The notes under the pieces are model-generated. The model was not told the origin of the DNA, made no database searches, and saw nothing but the letters and a program-made list of their open reading frames with translations. Below, in pieces: positions 58,554 through 64,000 of a stretch of DNA of 64,000 bases. The position numbers and the translations under genes were made by a program. The stretch lies in assembly GCA_016715625.1 (NCBI GenBank), contig JADJZU010000007.1:13237-77236 (forward strand), given 5' to 3'. The number at the start of each line of letters is the position of its first letter. Position 1 is the stretch's first letter. This DNA comes from Bacteroidota bacterium. Its GTDB lineage: Bacteria; Bacteroidota; Bacteroidia; Chitinophagales; LD1.

Positions 58554-58760
58554 ATGAATAATTTAAATAAAATACTCGGTTTAACTTTCCTGTTAATGGT
58601 AGGTTTTGCATACATAACTAACGCTCAGGTGCCGCCTCCGGGTAACACCACTCCCTCTGCAGTCCCCATTGATGGAGGAGTGATAAGCATTGTAGGGGCA
58701 AGTATTGCTTACGGTGCCAAAAAGCTATACGATAAAAACAAAGCGAAAAAAGGAGAATAA
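58554..58760 (+). CDS. 68-aa precursor: signal peptide + ~13-16 aa Pro/Thr-rich core + PID-GG / TM helix / Lys-rich C-terminal sorting-signal-like tail
   Basis: The signal peptide is MNNLNKILGLTFLLMVGFAYITNA, with a likely cleavage site after TNA. The core is QVPPPGNTTPSAV. The tail has the motif PIDGG, the helix VISIVGASIAYGA and the basic cluster KKLYDKNKAKKGE. This is the tripartite layout of PEP-CTERM-class signals. The gene starts 34 bp after the upstream gene's stop. Confidence 0.6.
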   Translation: MNNLNKILGLTFLLMVGFAYITNAQVPPPGNTTPSAVPIDGGVISIVGASIAYGAKKLYDKNKAKKGE

Positions 58761-58783
58761 TTCCTTTTTATTTTAAACAAAAA

Positions 58784-58812
58784 CCGCTGCTGAAACAGGC
58801 AGCGGTTTTTTT
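58784..58812 (+). terminator. Strong rho-independent terminator between the precursor gene and the exosortase-like gene
   Basis: The stem pairs CCGCTGC (58784-58790) with GCAGCGG (58799-58805) across an 8-nt loop. A T7 run follows (58806-58812). The next ATG is only 12 bp downstream. Confidence 0.75.
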
Positions 58813-58823
58813 ATTTATGCATC

Positions 58824-59393
58824 ATGCTGAGGCAACTGCTGAAAAAAGTTTTTAGTAATGAACTGCTGATTGAGCCGGCTGAGTTTATCATAAAAGTGGC
58901 TATGGTTTATGCTCTGTGGCGTGGGCTTAAATATTGCGGAGAAACATACCCGGGTTTTTTGTGGGGTGGCTGGGCAGCCTTTTATGACTTTATCGGTAAC
59001 CTGCTTGCGTATTGTAATTCAGTTATATTAAATGTGATGGGCATTCAGCACATACATGAGAAGAGAGTAATTATTGTAGCGGGGACCAATGGTATTGAAT
59101 TCAGCGACTTGTGTTTGGGCATTGCCCCCATGTTTATTTACAGCGGTATTATTCTCGCATTTGGCACTAATCTGAAAGCTAAACTGTGGTTCATTCCCAT
59201 GGGTGTATTCTTGATTTTCCTGATTAACGTTTTTCGCTTATTAGCACTCATTCTTATCCAGGCACGCTATAACAGTTATTTTGATTTTGCACATGATTAC
59301 CTTTATGTAGTGGTAACTTACAGTTTGATATTTGTGCTGGTAATGTGGTGGATGAATCGCTGGGCGTTTGCAGGCGAGGAGAATGCCGGTTAG
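58824..59393 (+). CDS. Exosortase/archaeosortase-family membrane protein (short form of XrtF-like size)
   Basis: The 189-aa polytopic product shows the family pattern in the expected order and spacing. LNVMGIQ...VIIVAGTNGIEFSDLCLGIAPM carries the candidate catalytic Cys. FLINVFRLLALILI carries the conserved Asn-x-x-Arg. FDFAHDYLYVVVTYSLIFVLVMWWMNRW carries the conserved His. This was compared from memory with the XrtF-type motifs EGCNAIS / LNVxRI / H. Confidence 0.7.
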   Translation: MLRQLLKKVFSNELLIEPAEFIIKVAMVYALWRGLKYCGETYPGFLWGGWAAFYDFIGNLLAYCNSVILNVMGIQHIHEKRVIIVAGTNGIEFSDLCLGIAPMFIYSGIILAFGTNLKAKLWFIPMGVFLIFLINVFRLLALILIQARYNSYFDFAHDYLYVVVTYSLIFVLVMWWMNRWAFAGEENAG

Positions 59394-60574
59394 GCCTTCT
59401 TCATTTTCTTAAATGTTTTTACCACAATGTATGTGGCCGCCCAGGAGATGACGGCCAGTATAGCCCCTAATGTGAAACTGCCCAATACATATTGCAGAAA
59501 ATTCTTTTTTGCGCCTTCGAGCGACAGGTGGGTATCGTAGCTCATATGAATGCCTGCACTTCCCATCCAGATCATACCGGTTTCGTAACTTAAGAAAACA
59601 ATAATGGGAATCAGCGGTGGAATACTGATGTTCGAAGCTAAAACGGCTATGCCCTTGTTAAGCTTGAAAATAAACGCGAACAGCAATACCAGCCACATTT
59701 GAAAGCCCCATAAGGGACTAATGCCGAAGAAAACACCGAGTGCTACAGAAGAGGCTTTTACAGATGGAGTTTCATGCGGTCGAATCAAATGGTCTTCAAG
59801 AAATTGTCTCCAGTTTTTTTTTTTGATTGCTCTGAAAAAATTTCTTGGCTTTATCCAAGCAAAAGTCCAGAACACCAGGACCGTATTTAAAACGCTGATT
59901 CTTGAAAAATCTTTAAACGGTCGGAAATGTGTAATTCGTTCATCAGCCGGAGGGTAGTATACCTTAACCGGAACGGCAATTACATCCAAACCGCTCCAGG
60001 CTCCTCTTACAATTACCTCTATTTCAAATTCATATTTTCTGGTAAAAAAATGAATGTGTTTCAATTTCTGTATAGGATATAACCGATATCCGGATTGCGT
60101 GTCCGGAAGTTCAATGCCGGTTTCCAGCGTAAACCAGAAGTTGGAGAATTTATTGCCAAAACTACTCTTGCCGGGTACCGAGCTCTGATTCATGTTGCGA
60201 GCGCCAATGACAATGGCATGATTGTTTTTCTCCAAGGCATCCAGCATGGTAGGCAAATCTTCGGCAAAATGCTGTCCGTCTGTGTCCAGTGTAATGGCAT
60301 ATTCATACCCCTGCGCTAAGGCAAACGCAAATCCTTGTCGAAGGGCCCAACCTTTGCCTTTATTTTGTTCGTAGGAGTGGAGTTTGATATTGGGATATTG
60401 AGATAGAATTTCGAGCGTGTTATCCGTTGAGCCGTCATTCACCACACAAATATCATTAGTGTAGGTTGCTACATCCTCTAACACACCCGCTATGGTTTTC
60501 GAATTATTGTAGGTAGGAAGTAATACACAGCATTTTAGTTTTTTAAAACGCTGTTGTGTGTTGTGTTCAGGCAT
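59390..60574 (-). CDS. Family 2 glycosyltransferase fused to a DUF2062 membrane domain
   Basis: The GT2 part reads CCVLLPTYNNSKTIAGVLEDV...VVNDGSTDNT...TLDTDGQH. The C-terminal DUF2062-like part reads ALGVFFGISPLWGFQMWLVLLFAFIFKLNKGIAVLASNISIPPL. I chose the start MPEHN at 60574, which gives an ATGCCTGA overlap with the upstream stop. The track start is 60613. Confidence 0.75.
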   Translation of the reverse strand: MPEHNTQQRFKKLKCCVLLPTYNNSKTIAGVLEDVATYTNDICVVNDGSTDNTLEILSQYPNIKLHSYEQNKGKGWALRQGFAFALAQGYEYAITLDTDGQHFAEDLPTMLDALEKNNHAIVIGARNMNQSSVPGKSSFGNKFSNFWFTLETGIELPDTQSGYRLYPIQKLKHIHFFTRKYEFEIEVIVRGAWSGLDVIAVPVKVYYPPADERITHFRPFKDFSRISVLNTVLVFWTFAWIKPRNFFRAIKKKNWRQFLEDHLIRPHETPSVKASSVALGVFFGISPLWGFQMWLVLLFAFIFKLNKGIAVLASNISIPPLIPIIVFLSYETGMIWMGSAGIHMSYDTHLSLEGAKKNFLQYVLGSFTLGAILAVISWAATYIVVKTFKKMKKA

Positions 60575-60932
60575 GCAGCTGTCCCTTGAATCTGAAAAAG
60601 GTTTCTGTATCACTAAAGTAACGAGCGGTGACTGCTATGGTGCTATCATTGGTGATTTCGCGGTGTATATCAAGTGTAATGGTGGGTGATTTTACCGGAT
60701 TCAAAAGGGCCAAAAACTTTACCTGACCTGCTTCTTTTACTACATATGGTTTAGCTGTAAGATGTGATATTACTTCCTCCAAAATCTGAATCTGGCACAC
60801 GCCCGGCACTACCGGCAAATGCGGAAAATGCCCTTTGAAAATTTCGTGTGCCGGGTTAAAAGATATCTGAACCAAGTCATTTTGATCCTGATGTTGAATG
60901 TCATTTATCTGATAGAAGGAACCTAAAAGCAT
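60567..60932 (-). CDS. FabZ/FabA-like hotdog-fold 3-hydroxyacyl-ACP dehydratase
   Basis: The 121-aa product contains FKGHFPHLPVVPGVCQIQILEEV. Confidence 0.7.
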   Translation of the reverse strand: MLLGSFYQINDIQHQDQNDLVQISFNPAHEIFKGHFPHLPVVPGVCQIQILEEVISHLTAKPYVVKEAGQVKFLALLNPVKSPTITLDIHREITNDSTIAVTARYFSDTETFFRFKGQLHA

Positions 60933-60987
60933 ATGGATTGATTGCGGGTGTAAAATACAGAATGAGTCAAAATATTACAGAAGAAAT

Positions 60988-61623
60988 TCATCGGAGCGTA
61001 AAGAGGGAATCTTGTAATGGGCTATTCACCAGTTTGTGCAGGAAGGTGAGTGCAGTATGGTCGCCCGAGGGTTCATGCATTTCTAAGCGGGCGGCCGTAA
61101 AATCTCTTTTGTCTATGATCATTACAATCCGGTTCAAAAAATTCTTCATGCTCTTACCGGTCGGAGCCAGTTCAATTTTTATCTGCGATTTGCTTTCAAA
61201 AAATTTCAGTGAAAAATCTTTGCTCGAAAACAGTTGTCCATTTACGGAACCTGTAATGATATTGTTGAATTGCTGAAAGAAACGGCTACGATGTATATCC
61301 AGTTGTGTGGTTTTTTTACCATCATTCATCATCATTTTACCATCATTCAAAACCAGCACACTTTTGGTGGGATGTGTATACTCCAACCGGACTTTGTTTT
61401 CTTTTTTGTAGCAGAATTTACCTTTAGAAACCGTTGGTTCCGACAGCATGCTCATGTTTTTTTCCTGCAGAAAATCAGCTTGAAGTGAATTGAACTTTTG
61501 CGAAGCCTCTGTAATCTTCTTTTTGATAGCAGTAGCATCTTTTACTTCCACGTATTCTTGCGAAAACATGCTATGGCAAGAGAAAACGAAGAGAATAGCA
61601 AGAAATGGTTTTGTAAATGTCAT
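60988..61623 (-). CDS. LolA-like outer-membrane lipoprotein carrier family protein
   Basis: The 211-aa product has a signal peptide. F..LQADFLQEKNMSMLSEPTVSKGKFCYKKENKVRLEY is typical of the LolA-like proteins found in aryl-polyene/flexirubin-type clusters. Confidence 0.7.
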   Translation of the reverse strand: MTFTKPFLAILFVFSCHSMFSQEYVEVKDATAIKKKITEASQKFNSLQADFLQEKNMSMLSEPTVSKGKFCYKKENKVRLEYTHPTKSVLVLNDGKMMMNDGKKTTQLDIHRSRFFQQFNNIITGSVNGQLFSSKDFSLKFFESKSQIKIELAPTGKSMKNFLNRIVMIIDKRDFTAARLEMHEPSGDHTALTFLHKLVNSPLQDSLFTLR

Positions 61624-61641
61624 GTTGAATAGCGCTGCAAA

Positions 61642-62415
61642 TCAAACATAAGCTTGTTGATTCAGCAATTCATCCACTCTTAAAATTTCAAAACCGCGAT
61701 TGCGTATGCCTTGAATAATTTCCGGCAAAGCATCAATAGTGAAGGGGGCCCAATCGTGGAGTAAGATGATGTCTCCGTTATTTAATCCGTTAAGCGCTTT
61801 CCGTACTACAGCATCTTTACTTTTGGCCGTGGTGTCATAGGTTCTTATGCTCCAACCAATGCACAAAAATTTTGCATTCCGCACTACTTTGCCAATCCAG
61901 GGGTTAGTTACTCCATAAGGCGGGCGAAAGAAATTCATTTGTTTACCAATGATGTCAAAAACGAGTTGATTGCAACGGGTCGTGTCCGCTATCATCGACT
62001 CTTTTGATTTCATCGAAAACCAAAAGTTGTGCTCATAACTATGATTGCCGACTATATGCTCTTCTTCCAGCATTTTCATGAGAAGTTCTTCGTTGCCTTG
62101 AATGTTTTTACCGATTACAAAAAAGCAGGCTTTTACCTTTTCCCGGTGTAATATCTCGAGTACTTTATCGGTGTGTTGTTTGCTGGGGCCATCGTCAAAG
62201 GTAAGTGCAACAGCCTTTTTGTTTCTATCGCCATGCCAGTGAGCCTTTACATAAAAATCAGATTGAATAAAATAAGAACCGTAAAAGGATATGCTGATGT
62301 ATGCAAGGTAAATGATGGGGTAAACCCATATTGGCACCTCGTAGTAAACATCCATTAACAGCACCAGTATCGTTAATGCTACGAAGAATATTCTGTTATA
62401 AATGTATTTCAGCAT
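61642..62415 (-). CDS. Polysaccharide deacetylase (NodB homology) family protein with an N-terminal membrane anchor
   Basis: The product contains ALTFDDGP, GNHSYEH and RPPYG motifs. Its start overlaps the upstream stop as ATGCTGA. Confidence 0.8.
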   Translation of the reverse strand: MLKYIYNRIFFVALTILVLLMDVYYEVPIWVYPIIYLAYISISFYGSYFIQSDFYVKAHWHGDRNKKAVALTFDDGPSKQHTDKVLEILHREKVKACFFVIGKNIQGNEELLMKMLEEEHIVGNHSYEHNFWFSMKSKESMIADTTRCNQLVFDIIGKQMNFFRPPYGVTNPWIGKVVRNAKFLCIGWSIRTYDTTAKSKDAVVRKALNGLNNGDIILLHDWAPFTIDALPEIIQGIRNRGFEILRVDELLNQQAYV

Positions 62416-63458
62416 GCGTGAAAAAGCATGAGGGAATGATACCGCTTATAGGAATTATACACTAATACCACTCGTGGGGAGCGTTGTCTGTTTTCAATAA
62501 TAACAGCATCGGGAACGCTGTTTGTTTTCATCATTTTACACGCTAACCAAAAGCCAAAAGCTGATGCGGTCATATACTCACCACAAAGATGCTTATAAGC
62601 GGTTATGGTGGATTGTTTGAATAAATCTTGAACGGTTTCGGTGAGTGCATCTTGCTTAGTTGCTCCGGAATAGCCTAATGCGGCCACATCTATATCCTCT
62701 ACCTGAAGTTGATGAGCCGTTAAGAAATCTAATATCCAATTGCGCAACTCATCCGCGTTTTCAGGGTTGAATAAAGTACTGTGACCGGATAAAGAGCCAT
62801 ACGAGTTGGCTGTTTTATCTTTACTCAGAACAAAAAAAGCAGCACCTTCACCCATTATAACTCCGGGGTTTTCTTTGCTTAAGATATCCGAACTGGTGCA
62901 GGGTTCCTGTCGCAGTTCACCCACATGCTTAAACTTGGCGTGTGCAAACTGCCCCACCTCATCATACGCTCCAATCAACACACTTTGCTTGCCTTCCTGT
63001 AACATAAACGCTGTATCTGTCAAAGCGCTTTCAAACGAAAAACCGCGTTGCGAAAAGGTATTATTGTGGGCATGGCAACCACACAGCAATGCAATGTTGG
63101 AGCTAACGGTATTATGAGTGCTCAAAATGAAGGAGGTGGGACTCACCACACCTTCCTGCGTTGCTATAACATCAGCCAAGAATTTTTGGGATAAATCCAA
63201 TAATCCAAATCCGGTTGCCGTGGAAATGGCTCCGGGAGTTTCTACACCTGCATCGCGCAAAGCAATAAGTCCGGCTGTGGTGCCAAACTTTAATAGTCTT
63301 CCCATTCTGCGCACTGCACCAGGGTCTAGAAACTTCGTGTAGTCAGGGTCTATGCACAACATTTTATCGGTGGCATATTCCTTCACTTCCTTCAGAAACT
63401 CATCGTTGCGAAAGGTGTTTTGCGGAGAAATGCAACCAATGCCATTGATGTATGTCAT
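62409..63458 (-). CDS. Beta-ketoacyl synthase-like protein lacking the nucleophilic Cys (chain-length-factor-like partner)
   Basis: The product has a thiolase-fold length and the N-terminus MTYINGIGCISPQ. The region where KS enzymes carry T-A-C-S-S reads STHNTVSSNIALL, with no Cys at the aligned position. I set the start at the ATG at 63458, which gives an ATGA overlap with the upstream KS stop. Confidence 0.65.
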   Translation of the reverse strand: MTYINGIGCISPQNTFRNDEFLKEVKEYATDKMLCIDPDYTKFLDPGAVRRMGRLLKFGTTAGLIALRDAGVETPGAISTATGFGLLDLSQKFLADVIATQEGVVSPTSFILSTHNTVSSNIALLCGCHAHNNTFSQRGFSFESALTDTAFMLQEGKQSVLIGAYDEVGQFAHAKFKHVGELRQEPCTSSDILSKENPGVIMGEGAAFFVLSKDKTANSYGSLSGHSTLFNPENADELRNWILDFLTAHQLQVEDIDVAALGYSGATKQDALTETVQDLFKQSTITAYKHLCGEYMTASAFGFWLACKMMKTNSVPDAVIIENRQRSPRVVLVYNSYKRYHSLMLFHAC

Positions 63459-64000
63459 GCCCGTGCTTTTGAGAAAATAAGAGAAGAACAATTTCCACCA
63501 AAGCCAAATGAGTTACTCATTACATGTTTTACATCCTGATTTTCAAGAAACTTTGTGCAAGGCTCAAAGTTGAGTTCTTTCATTTTGGTTGTGAATCGCA
63601 AGTGCGGAAGAATGATTCCTTTTTCTAAACATAAAATAGAAAACACAGCCTCTACCGCTGCACATGCACCCAGGGTGTGGCCGGTAAAAGGTTTGGTAGA
63701 ACTTACAGGAGGTATGTGGGTTCCAAAAATTTGCTCGATGGCCACACCTTCACTTAAGTCATTGTTACTGGTTCCCGTGCCGTGAAGGTTGATATAACTT
63801 ATGTCTTCCGGTTTTAGTCCACTGCTCCGCAATGCGCCACTCATAGCCAGGTAGTTTCCTTTTCCCTCGGGAGAAGAGGCTGTTTGATGAAAGGCATCAT
63901 TCGCATTTTCATAGCCGCTTAACTTAGTCAAAGGTTGGGAGGCGAGCGTGGCGGCTACTCTTTCTGAAACCAGCACAATGTATGCCGCTCCTTCTCCCAG
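63455..64000 (-). CDS. Beta-ketoacyl-ACP synthase (FabF/KAS II-like); the 5' end lies beyond the window
   Basis: The frame is open to the window edge (LGEGAAYIVLVSERVAA...). The catalytic His motifs NLHGTGTSNND and TGHTLGACAAVE are present, as is the C-terminal NSFGFGGNCSSLIF. Confidence 0.85.
   Translation of the reverse strand: MGEGAAYIVLVSERVAATLASQPLTKLSGYENANDAFHQTASSPEGKGNYLAMSGALRSSGLKPEDISYINLHGTGTSNNDLSEGVAIEQIFGTHIPPVSSTKPFTGHTLGACAAVEAVFSILCLEKGIILPHLRFTTKMKELNFEPCTKFLENQDVKHVMSNSFGFGGNCSSLIFSKARA

Overview
This is a 64-kb chromosomal segment that looks like a Bacteroidota genome. The lineage markers are a fused LpxC/FabZ in an lpxD-lpxC/fabZ-lpxA cluster, PorX, several T9SS type-A and type-B C-terminal sorting domains, DUF1573, DUF4476 and a GYDIA-type GHMP kinase. 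I did not recognise any rRNA, tRNA, CRISPR array, transposase or integrase. Positions 1-34.3 kb are mostly ordinary housekeeping genes (lepA, fumC, lipid A genes, scpB, atpG, fbp, aspartate kinase, def, ruvX) mixed with secreted proteins. Positions 34.4-38.7 kb hold four adjacent genes, each broken by multiple frameshifts: an M23 peptidase, a sphingosine-1-phosphate-lyase-like PLP enzyme, a LysE exporter and a small T9SS cargo. This tract also contains a 4 x 21-bp iteron-like repeat array and is flanked by intact genes. Positions 39-47 kb are metabolism and regulation genes: a CDF-like transporter, saccharopine dehydrogenase, acyl-CoA carboxylase beta, thiolase, TetR and PorX. Positions 47.3-64 kb are a minus-strand, translationally coupled lipid biosynthesis cluster of the aryl-polyene/flexirubin type. 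It encodes KS, a Cys-less KS-like partner, a deacetylase, LolA-like, hotdog dehydratase, GT2-DUF2062, an MMPL-acyltransferase-methyltransferase fusion, an FAD oxidoreductase and a C45 hydrolase. The most interesting part is a plus-strand five-gene block at 54.4-59.4 kb nested inside that cluster. It encodes a WG-repeat protein, a receiver-Crp/Fnr hybrid regulator, a 771-aa T9SS cargo, a 68-aa precursor and a 189-aa exosortase-like membrane protein. The precursor has a signal peptide and a PID-GG / TM helix / Lys-rich C-terminal tail, and it is followed by a strong hairpin terminator. Four copies of an FNR/CRP-like palindrome (GGTGAT-N4-ATCATC, core TGAT-N4-ATCA) sit in the three intergenic regions of this block. 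All calls come from reading the translations and DNA by eye. No database search was run.
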